Shown here: positions 37,965 through 48,277 of the stretch, piece by piece
How positions within the stretch are numbered: position 1 is the stretch's first letter
How the letters are laid out: the number at the start of each line of letters is the position of its first letter
Assembly: GCA_965226495.1 (NCBI GenBank)
Contig: OZ245365.1
Span: forward strand, 4,000,001 to 4,064,000
Length of the DNA stretch: 64,000 nt
Direction: 5' to 3'
Source of the DNA: Candidatus Marinacidobacterales bacterium
Lineage (GTDB): Bacteria > Acidobacteriota > Vicinamibacteria > Marinacidobacterales > DATDRI01
The notes under the pieces: model-generated
What the model was told of the DNA's origin: nothing
The model's input: only the letters and a program-made list of their open reading frames with translations
Database searches by the model: none
Translations under genes and position numbers: made by a program

Positions 37965-39677
37965 TCATGGACAGGTCACGAGAGGATCGGTCACCACGCG
38001 AAAGTTCGCGCCCACCGCGGTAGAGAAGCCGTTGGTCAATGCGATGGTGGTGCCGGCCCGGAAGTGAACGGTTCCGCCCGATTGCGCCTGGAAGCCGCTC
38101 CCCGCTGTGATCGAACTCTCGGTCAGGAACGTCGCGTCGCTGGTGGAGTCGCCCGCCGTCAGGTTGATCGTCCCGGTAGAGCAGGAGGTGGGAGCGTTGA
38201 TTAGGGTGTCCTCGGAATCGCCGTCGTTGGCCCCGACTGGATCGTTGTTGGACGAGGACACGCTCACGGAGTTGGCGATGGTGCCGCTCGCGCCCGTTCC
38301 CACCGCCACCGTCACCTGGAAGCTCCCGGAGGCGCCGGCGGCGATGGTCCCCAACGAACAGGTCGGAACGCCGTTGGGGTCGTTGGTACAACCATTCGTG
38401 GCGCTGAAGATCACGCTGCCGGGTAGTGTATCGTCAACGGTGACGTCCTCGGCCGCCGCTGGCCCGGCGTTGGATACGGTCACCGTATAGATCAGGCCGG
38501 TGCCGGCCAGAGCAGGATCTTCCGTATCCGCCTTAGTGATCGACAGGTCGGCGTCGCCGGATCCAAGCGCCGGGTCGATCACGATAACGTCGTAGGAGAC
38601 CGACTGGGGATTCCCTCCTACCATGATGTTGCTCACCGTCACGCTGACCGTCTGATCCGCCTGCCCCGCGCCGAAGCTCAAGCCCGAAGGCTCCCAAACG
38701 AGGGTGTTGTCTCCGAAGCTGTCGGTGCGGGAAACGACGGTCAGGGGGACGTTCGCCGCGTCCTTGGTCATAGTGACAGTGGCAGTGGAGTAGTCGGCAA
38801 AGGGCTCGCTGTTTAAAGAGAGGGACCAACGAGGGTAAACCACCTGGTAAGGTACGAAGCCCTCTCCGGGCCATGCCACCACCGAGGGCGCACCCGGACG
38901 GCTACCGAAGCCAGCGAAGACATAGAGAACGTTGGACCCGAAGAATAAACCGTTGACGCCATCGGTGGAACCGGTGGCCATCTGCACCTGCGGGGGATAG
39001 AGGATCCATCGCCGGTGCCCCACGGGTTGGTTGGACGCCCCCTGGTCCCGCATGTAGCCGACGATGGCGTTGGGACCGGCGTTGCCCAAGGCCAGGTTGG
39101 AGTTGCCCGCGGCGTCGGCGCCTGTGGTCGTGAAGCAGGCCCATCCCGGTAGAGGGGAATGGCTCAGGGATCCTTCGGCGATCATCATCAGCGCCGCCTC
39201 TTGGGAGTCGTCGTTGAGGGAGACGACGTTGGCCACGTCGCCGGGCAGGCCACTCATGGCTCGAAAATAGTTGATCATATCCATGGTGGCGTCGATGTAG
39301 GCCTGGGACGTGGTGCCCGCCACGCAGCCGGCGATGCTGCCCGTCCAGCCCATGGGTACGGCGAGAGCCGGGATGTACACCGTGTCGAACAGGTTGACCA
39401 CTGCGGGCCGGTTTTGGGTGCTGACGCTGATGGCACTGGCCAGAGGGGTAAAGATCGACCTCGACTTGTCCAGCCAGTAAAAGGGCTTGACCGGAGGCGT
39501 GCCGAGCTCGACGTCTCCACCACGCTCACTCTGGCCGCCGGCCGGAGCCGCCAACCTCCCCAGCGCGAAGAACATCAAGCTTGCAAGGATAGCTGTCTTG
39601 CTGAGAGCCACGATCACCGCCGCTTTCCGGCCCCCGACTGCGAGCCGGCCAGCCGGACCTATGGTTGGAGGATCCAC
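37965..39677 (-). CDS. Secreted CAP (SCP) domain + DUF11 + C-terminal beta-rich domain protein
   Basis: INYFRAMSGL, LSHSP, VGHRRWIL; ADLSITK..YTVTVSNAGP; start uncertain. Confidence 0.8.
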   Translation of the reverse strand: MDPPTIGPAGRLAVGGRKAAVIVALSKTAILASLMFFALGRLAAPAGGQSERGGDVELGTPPVKPFYWLDKSRSIFTPLASAISVSTQNRPAVVNLFDTVYIPALAVPMGWTGSIAGCVAGTTSQAYIDATMDMINYFRAMSGLPGDVANVVSLNDDSQEAALMMIAEGSLSHSPLPGWACFTTTGADAAGNSNLALGNAGPNAIVGYMRDQGASNQPVGHRRWILYPPQVQMATGSTDGVNGLFFGSNVLYVFAGFGSRPGAPSVVAWPGEGFVPYQVVYPRWSLSLNSEPFADYSTATVTMTKDAANVPLTVVSRTDSFGDNTLVWEPSGLSFGAGQADQTVSVTVSNIMVGGNPQSVSYDVIVIDPALGSGDADLSITKADTEDPALAGTGLIYTVTVSNAGPAAAEDVTVDDTLPGSVIFSATNGCTNDPNGVPTCSLGTIAAGASGSFQVTVAVGTGASGTIANSVSVSSSNNDPVGANDGDSEDTLINAPTSCSTGTINLTAGDSTSDATFLTESSITAGSGFQAQSGGTVHFRAGTTIALTNGFSTAVGANFRVVTDPLVTCP

Positions 39678-39958
39678 TTTCCTTTTAGCTTACCAAACTA
39701 AGCACGCCCGTGGATCACCAGGCTCCGCCGAGGCTCCCCGCCTATCCCTACTACACCAGCAAGCTTCATCAAGAAGCAGCGGCAAAGCGGAAGTGCGAGG
39801 ACGTTCCATAGCTCGTTATCGTGAACCCGAGCCTTCTCCTCGGTCCGGGTGACCTTGGCCTGCTATACTGTCCTTATGCTCTCAAAGGCAGCTGACGCTC
39901 GTGGGTCGGTGTCGTCAGGCGCGTTGGGAGAAGGTTTCACGGTTCGCAACTTGATGAG

Positions 39959-40642
39959 GTGATGGTCATGTCGAAGCACAGATTCTCTGTCTTGGGAATG
40001 GTAGCAATTGTTGTTTGTGTTCTCCTGACGCAGGCGCCGGCCTTGGCTCAGGGTGTGATGTTCGTGAACAACGACAAGGTCGGTATCGGTGTCGCCACGC
40101 CTGGCGAGCTGCTGCACGTGAAGGACACCGCGGGTGGTGCCCAGGTCTTCGTTGAGGAGACCTCGTCAGGTACGGCGAAGATGTTCCGTCTCTTGAACCA
40201 AGGCGCCATCCAGTTCGACATGGAGAACACGAATGCGGTAGGTATCTGGCGTTTCTCTGTCTCGAACAACTTCAACATCAACTCGGCGGCGAATCCCGGC
40301 ATCACGATGTCCGTGTCTCCGACCGGCGACCTCACCATCCAAGGATCGCTTACGACTACCGGTTGCACCGGGTGTGGTGCCGACTTCGTCTTCGAGGACG
40401 ACTACGAACTGATGCCGCTCTCCGCTCTCGGCGACTTCGTGGCCCGCGAGAAGCATCTGCCCAACATCCCGACCTCGGCCGAGATGGACGAAGGCATCAA
40501 CATGAGCGAGCTGCAGCTCAAGCTGCTCCAGAAGATTGAAGAGCTCACTCTCTATTCCGTCGCCCAGCACGAGGACATCGCTTCTCTGCGCGACCAGAAC
40601 GAGCTGCTCCTCGCCCGCCTGGAAGCGCTCGAACAAAGATAG
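39959..40642 (+). CDS. Secreted tail-fibre-like protein with S74-chaperone-like/coiled-coil C-terminus
   Basis: Signal peptide ..PALA; KVGIGVATP; DFVFEDDYEL..KHLPNIP..LLQKIEELTLY. Confidence 0.75.
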   Translation: MMVMSKHRFSVLGMVAIVVCVLLTQAPALAQGVMFVNNDKVGIGVATPGELLHVKDTAGGAQVFVEETSSGTAKMFRLLNQGAIQFDMENTNAVGIWRFSVSNNFNINSAANPGITMSVSPTGDLTIQGSLTTTGCTGCGADFVFEDDYELMPLSALGDFVAREKHLPNIPTSAEMDEGINMSELQLKLLQKIEELTLYSVAQHEDIASLRDQNELLLARLEALEQR

Positions 40643-40695
40643 AGCCGGCGCGGGACTCGACGAAGCCTCGACGGGACGGCCAACCTGACCGCTCT

Positions 40696-41169
40696 CTAGG
40701 GCGTTCGCCGCAGTTTGAGCTCCAGAGTTCGATACTTCCCTTTTTCCTCGCCGGTAAGGAAAATCCGCAGCTGGTCTTTTGAGATGAGCTCGAAGGTAAG
40801 ATCCTTTGGGAAATCGTGCTCCTGGTTCTCGAATCGAATTCGCGGCTTCTCGGGCTCGTAGTCCACAAGCTTGAAGGTGACACTCGAGTTCCCAGCTGGA
40901 TAAGGGATGTAGACCACTTCGTCGTCTCGTATCTCGATCCGCTCGAACTCGAAGAACACCACGTGGCCTCCCGAGTAGTTCTTGCTGGCGCTCAGGATCA
41001 TGCCGCCCTCGGGGGAGGTGTAATGGGTTTCGAATCCCTCGTCCCGCCAGGTCCCCGCCAACCAATCGAGGCTCGCGAGCCGTTCCGCCGCGCTCGGCTC
41101 GTTTGCGTCTACGGTAAGAGCCATGACCAGACCAAGGATTGGCACCATCATTAATAGCGTCCTGCTCAT
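40696..41169 (-). CDS. Secreted DUF6265-like protein
   Basis: LDWLAGTW, FEFERI, FENQEHDFP. Confidence 0.75.
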   Translation of the reverse strand: MSRTLLMMVPILGLVMALTVDANEPSAAERLASLDWLAGTWRDEGFETHYTSPEGGMILSASKNYSGGHVVFFEFERIEIRDDEVVYIPYPAGNSSVTFKLVDYEPEKPRIRFENQEHDFPKDLTFELISKDQLRIFLTGEEKGKYRTLELKLRRTP

Positions 41170-42446
41170 TGCGTCGGGCTCCTTCCCAAGGATTCACCGC
41201 AATCGGCGAGCTTCTTCTCGAGAAACCTTCGTTCTGGCCCAGTACAAGGGAGCTCGAGAGCCTGCCGGAAGAAAGTTTCGGCGCGTTCGAGGTCGCCCTT
41301 CCGTGCGTGAAGCTCGGCGCGAGTGGCGTCGAAGAGATAATAGCGACCGAGAAAGGGATCGCTCTCCAGGCCGGCAAGTTCATCCAGGCCCGCCTGCGGC
41401 CCATGAATCATCGACACCGCTACCGCTCGGTTCAGTGCCACCACGGGTGAGGGGGCCAGCTCCAATAGCGAATCGTACAAGGAGAGGATCTTCGACCACT
41501 CGGTGCTTTCATAGGTGGGGGCGACGGAGTGGCAGGCGGCGATGCCGGCCTGCAGATGATACTCGGTCAACTCCGACCCCTTGGCGGCATCGGACAGCTC
41601 GTAAAGGCCTCTTTCGATCAGAGCGCGATCCCACCGGCTGCGATCCTGATCGGATAGTAGACGTAGAGAGCCATCTCGGGGATCGACTCGCCCCGGCAGT
41701 CGTGCCGCTTGGAGAAGCATGAGCGCAAGCAGCGCCCGCACCTTGGGTAGCTTCGTCGCCGGCCGACTCGCAACGAGAGAGCACAAACGCATCGCTTCCC
41801 CAACGAGGTCGTAACGTATGAGGTTCTCTCCCTGATGCGCACTGTAGCCCTCGTTGAACATCAAATAGAGAACTTTGAGAACGGAATCTAATCGCTCCGG
41901 AACGTCTTCCGGGGCCGGAATTCCGAACGGTACGTCCTCCTCGCGAAGCTTCCGTTTCGCGCGAACGATCCTTTGGGCTACCGTCGCTTTCTCGCTCAAA
42001 AAGGCGCGGGCGATCTCGGAGACACCGAAGCCCCCCACGGTCTTAAGAGTCAAAGCGAGGCGTCCTTCGGGAAGGATAGAGGGATGGCAGCAGGCGAAGA
42101 TCATTTTGAGTTGATCGTCTTCAAGCTCGTCCTGAAAGCCGGGCCGCGACTCCTCACCTTGGACTTGGTTGAACCACTTTTCGATCTCGGGCTCCTTGTC
42201 TCGAAAAGACGCTCCGCGGCGGAGCACGTCGAGGGCTTGATTCTTGGCCACTTGAACGAGCCACGCACTGGGGTTGTCGGGAACGCCGGAAAAGGGCCAT
42301 TGTCGGAGAGCCTTGAGGAGAGCTTCCTGAACGACGTCCTCGGCCAGATCCAGGTTAGACGGTCCTAGGATCCGGGTGAGCGTCGAGACCATTGCCCCGG
42401 CTTGATGCCGGAACAGGCGATCGACAAGCTCCTGAACGTCGGGCAC
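41166..42446 (-). CDS. ECF sigma-70 factor with C-terminal DUF6596/TPR extension (ECF42-like)
   Basis: AEDVVQEA, DDQLKMIFACCHP, YLMFNEGY, DQDRSRWD, VVALNRAVA. Confidence 0.9.
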   Translation of the reverse strand: MPDVQELVDRLFRHQAGAMVSTLTRILGPSNLDLAEDVVQEALLKALRQWPFSGVPDNPSAWLVQVAKNQALDVLRRGASFRDKEPEIEKWFNQVQGEESRPGFQDELEDDQLKMIFACCHPSILPEGRLALTLKTVGGFGVSEIARAFLSEKATVAQRIVRAKRKLREEDVPFGIPAPEDVPERLDSVLKVLYLMFNEGYSAHQGENLIRYDLVGEAMRLCSLVASRPATKLPKVRALLALMLLQAARLPGRVDPRDGSLRLLSDQDRSRWDRALIERGLYELSDAAKGSELTEYHLQAGIAACHSVAPTYESTEWSKILSLYDSLLELAPSPVVALNRAVAVSMIHGPQAGLDELAGLESDPFLGRYYLFDATRAELHARKGDLERAETFFRQALELPCTGPERRFLEKKLADCGESLGRSPTQ

Positions 42447-42474
42447 TAATTAGTGCTCGCTCACTTCCCATCGA

Positions 42475-42528
42475 CCTCTCCCCCGACCTGGGGGAGAGGT
42501 CGCCCGCCGAAGGCGGGCGGGTGAGGGG
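42475..42528. repeat. REP-like palindrome, reverse orientation, long form
   Basis: CCTCTCCCCC..GGGGGAGAGG then CCGCC-GAA-GGCGG and GGGTGAGGGG. Confidence 0.7.
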
Positions 42529-42882
42529 TTAGTGTTCGAGTAGCTCATGCTCCCGGAGCGTCACCCATCCATACGTAAGATGCGGGCAGTCCTCCGCCAA
42601 CTTGGCCGCCTGGTCATAGTTGTCGGCTTCGATCACGAAATAGCCAGCGATCACTTCTTTGGTCTCGCTGTACGGCCCATCGGTCACGAGAACGCTGGAA
42701 CCATCCTTGCGAAGTGTCCGACCACCCTCGTCGCGCAGCTTGGCGTGCTCGTGCACCTTGCCTTGACTCATCATTTTTTCGACCCAGGCGACGTATTTCT
42801 GAATGATCTGCTGGTTCTCATCGGGTGAGTTACCGTCGAAGGCCCCCGGCGTTTCGTGTAGTAGCATCAAGAATTTGGCCAT
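42529..42882 (-). CDS. YciI/DGPF-family protein
   Basis: VTDGPYSETKEVIAGYF..CP; usual ECF42 partner. Confidence 0.9.
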   Translation of the reverse strand: MAKFLMLLHETPGAFDGNSPDENQQIIQKYVAWVEKMMSQGKVHEHAKLRDEGGRTLRKDGSSVLVTDGPYSETKEVIAGYFVIEADNYDQAAKLAEDCPHLTYGWVTLREHELLEH

Positions 42883-42993
42883 TGTCGACTCCTTTCAGTC
42901 TCGCGGATTCTCATTCTGTAGACGATCGGAGCTACCGGAAATCGACACGAGTGCCGAATAAGCGAAGTGTAAAAAGCCGGACTCGCGGCTCTC

Positions 42994-44412
42994 CTAAGAG
43001 TCCTTCTTACTGCCAACCATGTTCTCGGGGCGGACCCACTCGTCGAACTGCTCCGAAGTCACCAACCCCAGCTCGAGAGCCGCCTCACGGAGCGTGGTCC
43101 CCTTTTCGTGAGCCAGCTTGGCGATCTTGGCCGAGTTGTCATAGCCGATGTGGGGGTTGAGAGCGGTGACCAGCATGAGGGAGTTCTGGACATTGTGCTG
43201 TATCTTCTCCTTGTTAGCTTCGATGCCGACGGCACAGTTCTTCCTAAAACTGGCGCATCCGTCGGCGATCAATCGCGCACTCTGGAGGAAGTTGTAAGCG
43301 ATGAGCGGTTTGAACACGTTGAGCTCGAAGTTTCCGGAGGCGCCGCCGATATTCACGGCGACGTCGTTGCCCATCACTTGGGCGGCCAGCATCGTCACCG
43401 CCTCAGACTGGGTGGGATTGACTTTGCCCGGCATGATCGAGCTCCCTGGTTCGTTCGCGGGGATCGTGATCTCGCCGATGCCGCTCCGAGGGCCGCAGGC
43501 CAGCCAACGGATGTCGTTGGCGATCTTGGTGAGCGACCCGGCAACCGTCTTCAAGGCGCCGTGGCCGTGCACCATCGCATCATGGGCGGCGAGAGATTCG
43601 AATTTGTTGGGTGCAGTAACGAATGGATGTCCGCTCAGCTCCGCGATCTTCTTGGCCGAACGGACCGCGAACTCGGGATGGGCGTTGATACCGGTGCCCA
43701 CCGCGGTACCTCCCAGAGCGAGCTCGTAAAGATGCGGCAGAGCCGCCTCGAGATGCTGGACCCCATGATCGAGCTGACTGGCATAGCCAGAGAACTCTTG
43801 TCCCAGCGTGAGCGGCGTGGCGTCTTGCAAGTGGGTTCGTCCAATCTTGACGATGTCGCGGAAGGCCTCCGATTTTTCGGCAAGCGCATCGCGAAGTGCG
43901 GCGACGGCGGGAATGACCCGGGAACGGAGCGCCTCGACCGCCGCGACGTACATGGCCGTCGGGTAGACGTCGTTCGAGGATTGGCATTTGTTCACGTCGT
44001 CGTTCGGGTGCACCAGGCGGTCCGGCCCACGTTCCCCACCAAGAATCTCGCTGGCGCGGTTGGCTAGCACTTCGTTGGCGTTCATGTTGCTCTGCGTGCC
44101 GCTTCCGGTCTGCCAGACTACGAGGGGAAACTCCTGGTCGTGCTTGCCGTCGAGGACTTCGTCGGCGGCGGCCACGATGGCCTTGCCTTTCTTCTCATCG
44201 AGAAGGCCGAGGTCCATGTTCACTAGTGCCGCACCCTTTTTCACCAGGATCAACGCACGGATGATCTCTGGGGGCATTGTCTCGGTCGAGATCTCGAAAT
44301 TCTGGAGCGAACGCTGGGTTTGGGCTCCCCATAGCCGGTCGGCCGGGACTTCGACAGGACCAATGGAATCTCGCTCGGTTCGAGTCTTGTTGGCGTTTGT
44401 TTTGGAGGCCAT
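42994..44412 (-). CDS. fumC: Class II fumarate hydratase
   Basis: [31 protein letters not shown]. Confidence 0.97.
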   Translation of the reverse strand: MASKTNANKTRTERDSIGPVEVPADRLWGAQTQRSLQNFEISTETMPPEIIRALILVKKGAALVNMDLGLLDEKKGKAIVAAADEVLDGKHDQEFPLVVWQTGSGTQSNMNANEVLANRASEILGGERGPDRLVHPNDDVNKCQSSNDVYPTAMYVAAVEALRSRVIPAVAALRDALAEKSEAFRDIVKIGRTHLQDATPLTLGQEFSGYASQLDHGVQHLEAALPHLYELALGGTAVGTGINAHPEFAVRSAKKIAELSGHPFVTAPNKFESLAAHDAMVHGHGALKTVAGSLTKIANDIRWLACGPRSGIGEITIPANEPGSSIMPGKVNPTQSEAVTMLAAQVMGNDVAVNIGGASGNFELNVFKPLIAYNFLQSARLIADGCASFRKNCAVGIEANKEKIQHNVQNSLMLVTALNPHIGYDNSAKIAKLAHEKGTTLREAALELGLVTSEQFDEWVRPENMVGSKKDS

Positions 44413-44511
44413 CTTCCCCTCTCACTTCTACCAGCTGAGCTGGCCCAATACGATTATACGCCAGCGAGTGAGTAAGACGCGGGCGGGTGCTATAATTTCT
44501 CCGAGGGCCCT

Positions 44512-44973
44512 ATGAGCGAAGACATCTCGTCCGAGCTTGATCCAGACTCCATACCCTCGCGTCCTACTTTCATCTACCGAAGCTTCGTCCATGCGGACGA
44601 TCTCGACTCACTGAAGTTTCTCCACAGTGAGCGATTCATCATCCATGTCGAACGAGCCATCACCGCATTCTACCGGAGCCTCGGCCTGCCTTGGGACGTC
44701 GAGGTGGAAGAAAACCCAGATCAATTCCAGCTCGTGCAGCAGATTCAGACGACGTTTCCCGCCCCGTTTCGAGGCACGGGTGAGTTGATCATTCACGTCT
44801 GGGTAGAGCGATTGGGCGAGTCGAGCTGTGTGTACAGCTTCTTCTGCACGAGCCCGGAGGGGCAGAGGGTCTACGCGCGGGGAACGAAAACCGTCGCCAA
44901 ACTGGATCCCGCGACGATGGAGCCGGCACCATGGTCGGAGCCCTTCAACCGTGGGCACCTCCCGCTCCTGTGA
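44512..44973 (+). CDS. Hotdog-fold acyl-CoA thioesterase
   Basis: VHADDLD, VERLGESS, YARG pattern. Confidence 0.7.
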   Translation: MSEDISSELDPDSIPSRPTFIYRSFVHADDLDSLKFLHSERFIIHVERAITAFYRSLGLPWDVEVEENPDQFQLVQQIQTTFPAPFRGTGELIIHVWVERLGESSCVYSFFCTSPEGQRVYARGTKTVAKLDPATMEPAPWSEPFNRGHLPLL

Positions 44974-44976
44974 GCG

Positions 44977-45624
44977 TCAGCTTCTCTCCCAGGGTCTTTC
45001 CGCAATCCATTCCGACACCGCGTTCTCCAGCGGATCGAGCTTTCCGGTGAAGAAATGGTCCCCGCCTAGAATGACCTTCACCGAGCCGGGCTCGGGGATG
45101 AGTTGCTCGGCCAGTGCCTCTATCTTTGCGCCGCTCCCGAACTCGTCGTCTTCGCCTTGGACGAAGAGACGGGGCTTCCCGCTGCCGGTCAGAAACGAAG
45201 TATCTGAGACCCGGTCGACCGGAAACCCGAGAGCAAACATCGCCTGCACTCGCGGATCGTCGGCGCCGACCCGGAGCGCCATGAGCGATCCAAAAGAGTA
45301 GCCTCCTAGGACCACCGGAAGTCCCGGGTACAACCTCCCGAGCTCGGCGAGGGCCGCGCAGACATCTTCCTGCTCTCCCCTCCCGTTATCATGAACACCT
45401 TCGCTCTTTCCCACGCCCCGAAAGTTGAAGCGAAGCGCCGGCAGACCTTGCGCCAGAAGCGCCCGGGCCGCTCGGAACATGACTTTGTAGTGCATGATGC
45501 CGCCGTGGAGCGGGTGGGCGTGGCAGATCAATCCTGCCGCGATGGGCTCATCGTCGGGGATCATGATGACCGCTTCGAGCCGGCCGGCCGGGCCGGCGAT
45601 CACAATCGAACGCGTTCGCGGCAT
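44977..45624 (-). CDS. Alpha/beta hydrolase
   Basis: CHAHPLHGG, RFNFRGVGKSEG, GYSFG, DHFF. Confidence 0.9.
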   Translation of the reverse strand: MPRTRSIVIAGPAGRLEAVIMIPDDEPIAAGLICHAHPLHGGIMHYKVMFRAARALLAQGLPALRFNFRGVGKSEGVHDNGRGEQEDVCAALAELGRLYPGLPVVLGGYSFGSLMALRVGADDPRVQAMFALGFPVDRVSDTSFLTGSGKPRLFVQGEDDEFGSGAKIEALAEQLIPEPGSVKVILGGDHFFTGKLDPLENAVSEWIAERPWERS

Positions 45625-45912
45625 TAGCGAAGATTATGCCGCCCGAATCGGCCCGGTTCAAGGAGAGCGGCCTTGCACCTGTGCACCATCAACCCCCGCA
45701 CGACCGTGTCGGACCTGGAGGAGACGATTCAGAGGATGGAGGAGCTAGGCCGCCGAGGGCTACGCCCGCTAGGTTCTTGAGACGTCGTGTTTTGTGCCGA
45801 CGTGTAGGTTTCGTGCCACATAGCGTCCGCACGACTTTTCGGTTACAATTCTTGAGTACGATCCCCGGCAACAAATAAATTCCCCCAACATAGAACGCGG
45901 AAGGGCCAGCTC

Positions 45913-48273
45913 ATGCGGCTGCGACACGGTATCTCCTCGGCAGTTTTGGTTTCGATCGTTCTCGTCTCTCCGCACCTCGAAGCTCGAGACAAGCTCGAAC
46001 GCTTTATCATCCAATGCACGAATCCGTGTGATGCGATTATCGAGACCATCCAAGAGCTGGGTGGCGAAGTGACCAAGCAATACACCAACCTGGATGCAGT
46101 TGCCGCAACCCTCCCCGCTGGACTCCGCGCGGAGCTGGAATCGATGGAGCTCGTCGAGGCCGTCGATGACGATTTCGTAGTACCTCCTCCGAGACCGGTG
46201 GAAGCAGTGAGCCTTGGAGACGAGGAGCAAGGAGTCTCACCACAAGTGGTGGGCGGAGAAAGGCTGGCCGCTCTGAGGGACGCCCACCCAACCAACTACG
46301 TCTTCAGCAATTTACTGACTGGGGCGGCGTCGCTTCACAAACTCGGTCACCGCGGGGACGGCGCCATCGTCGCCGTGATCGACACTGGCACCGCCAACGA
46401 TCCGGTCACGACCCCCGCTCTCTACGACTTTACGAGCGGAGAACCCAAAGTGATCGGAGGAGAGAGCTTCATCGCCAGCGCCTCCGAGCCTTCCGCTACC
46501 AGCGTTCTGAATCATCCCCACGGCACTTGGGTAGCTTGCATGATTGCGGCCGACGCGGGTTTCGTCCTCGCCAACGACGACCCCTTCATTCCAGTTGTCG
46601 CGGCAGTATCGAAGTGGGCCCCGACCAGCGTTATTCCGGTGGACAGTACTTCGTCCATGGTGCCGATGAGAGGCTCCGCGCCCGATGCCCGCATCTACGC
46701 CATGAAGGTCTTCCGCGCCTCGGGTAGCGGGTCCTCCACTTCAACGATCATCGCCGCCATGGATCGTGCCATTACGCTGCGTCAGAACTACAACGACGGT
46801 GTGCCGTCCGTCCCAGTAAGCGGTAGTGGCACCGGAGACGACCCCTTCGTTTACGACTCCTTGCGCATCGACGTCGTCAACATGAGTCTTACCGGTCCGA
46901 CACTGAACTCAGGACGGAACATGATGGACCGGTTGACTCTCAAGATGTTGAGCGTCGGAATCGTCCCCGTCATTTCCGCAGGCAACAGCGGCCCGGCGGC
47001 CATGACAGGAGGAAGCCCAGGAACGGGCATTGGAGCTCTCACCGTGGGAGCTGCCTATACGGCCGAACACGAGCGGATCGCTGCCGAGGTGGGGCTGGTT
47101 TTCGGGGCGACTCCGGTCGATGGTGGCATGTACCATCCCTCGGACCACATTCAAACCGCACACTTCAGTTCCCGCGGACCGACCGCGGACGGAAGGAATG
47201 ATCCCGAGGTGGTGGCGCAGGGCGTTTACGTCTTTGTCAACGCACCGCGTCGCACGTCCGCCAGTTCCGTGCTGCCGTATCCTGTCATCTCTTGGGTCTC
47301 GGGAACGTCGTTCTCCTCGCCCGCGGTAGCCGGGGCGGCCGCCCTGCTGAGTGAAGCCGCGCCTTCGGCAAGCGCCGGACAGATCCGCAACGCCTTGATC
47401 TCATCGGCCAATCCCCGCGTGGTCGGGGACAACTCTGGCACGATCGACCAGGGCCAAGGCTTCATTGATATCCCGCAAGCCCTGAGTCTTCTGCAGACCA
47501 CCAAGGTAGACAGCCGGATCCGAGTCCGCAAGCCTCCGAAGAGCTTGCACAGGAGAATTCGGAGACTCGGTTATCCGGTGCTCACACGCGGAGGCCAGAC
47601 TACGGTCCACGCTCTGATGCCGGGACAAGTGAAGCATTTCTTCGTTCGGGTCAGGAAAAAGACCGAGCGCCTGCACGTAACCGTGCGCAACATCCAACCC
47701 GCGCTCGATCCTGCCGATCAAAATCCTTTCTTCGGAGACGGCCTGTTGGTGACGGTGGTCGATGCGCCCACTTCGTTCGCCTGGACGCGGGCCGCGGTGT
47801 TCGCGAAAAGCGATGTGACGGTGCCTATCGACAACCCGCAGGAGGGATTGGTGCGGGTCGCAATAACCGGCGGATGGTTGAATGCTGGCGCCATCTCCGC
47901 CGATATCGAGATTACCCGAGACAAAACAAAGCCGCCTCGGATATCAGCCAAGGGGCGGACTCCTCGCACCGGCGTCTGCAACCTCGAGACGGTCAATGTG
48001 CCGACGGGTGTTGTAGAGCTCCAAACGATGCTGACTTGGAAGTACAACTGGGGAATGTACCCCACCAACGATCTCGACCTGATTATCGTAGATCCGAATG
48101 CGAATACGAACGCGAGCGGCGCTACCTACGCCAGCCCGGAGCGCGTGACCATCGCCAACCCAACCCCCGGTGCATGGAGCTTCCTCGTCTGCAGCTACGA
48201 AATCCACTCGCGGGATAGAGCTAAATGGCAACTGAGAGTGAGCGCGGACGGGAGCCGACTTCGCGCTCGGTGA
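45913..48273 (+). CDS. Secreted subtilisin-like S8 peptidase with C-terminal PPC-like domains
   Basis: VIDTG, HPHGT, SAGNSG, GTSFSSP; NDLDL..SPERV. Confidence 0.9.
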   Translation: MRLRHGISSAVLVSIVLVSPHLEARDKLERFIIQCTNPCDAIIETIQELGGEVTKQYTNLDAVAATLPAGLRAELESMELVEAVDDDFVVPPPRPVEAVSLGDEEQGVSPQVVGGERLAALRDAHPTNYVFSNLLTGAASLHKLGHRGDGAIVAVIDTGTANDPVTTPALYDFTSGEPKVIGGESFIASASEPSATSVLNHPHGTWVACMIAADAGFVLANDDPFIPVVAAVSKWAPTSVIPVDSTSSMVPMRGSAPDARIYAMKVFRASGSGSSTSTIIAAMDRAITLRQNYNDGVPSVPVSGSGTGDDPFVYDSLRIDVVNMSLTGPTLNSGRNMMDRLTLKMLSVGIVPVISAGNSGPAAMTGGSPGTGIGALTVGAAYTAEHERIAAEVGLVFGATPVDGGMYHPSDHIQTAHFSSRGPTADGRNDPEVVAQGVYVFVNAPRRTSASSVLPYPVISWVSGTSFSSPAVAGAAALLSEAAPSASAGQIRNALISSANPRVVGDNSGTIDQGQGFIDIPQALSLLQTTKVDSRIRVRKPPKSLHRRIRRLGYPVLTRGGQTTVHALMPGQVKHFFVRVRKKTERLHVTVRNIQPALDPADQNPFFGDGLLVTVVDAPTSFAWTRAAVFAKSDVTVPIDNPQEGLVRVAITGGWLNAGAISADIEITRDKTKPPRISAKGRTPRTGVCNLETVNVPTGVVELQTMLTWKYNWGMYPTNDLDLIIVDPNANTNASGATYASPERVTIANPTPGAWSFLVCSYEIHSRDRAKWQLRVSADGSRLRAR

Positions 48274-48277
48274 TTGA

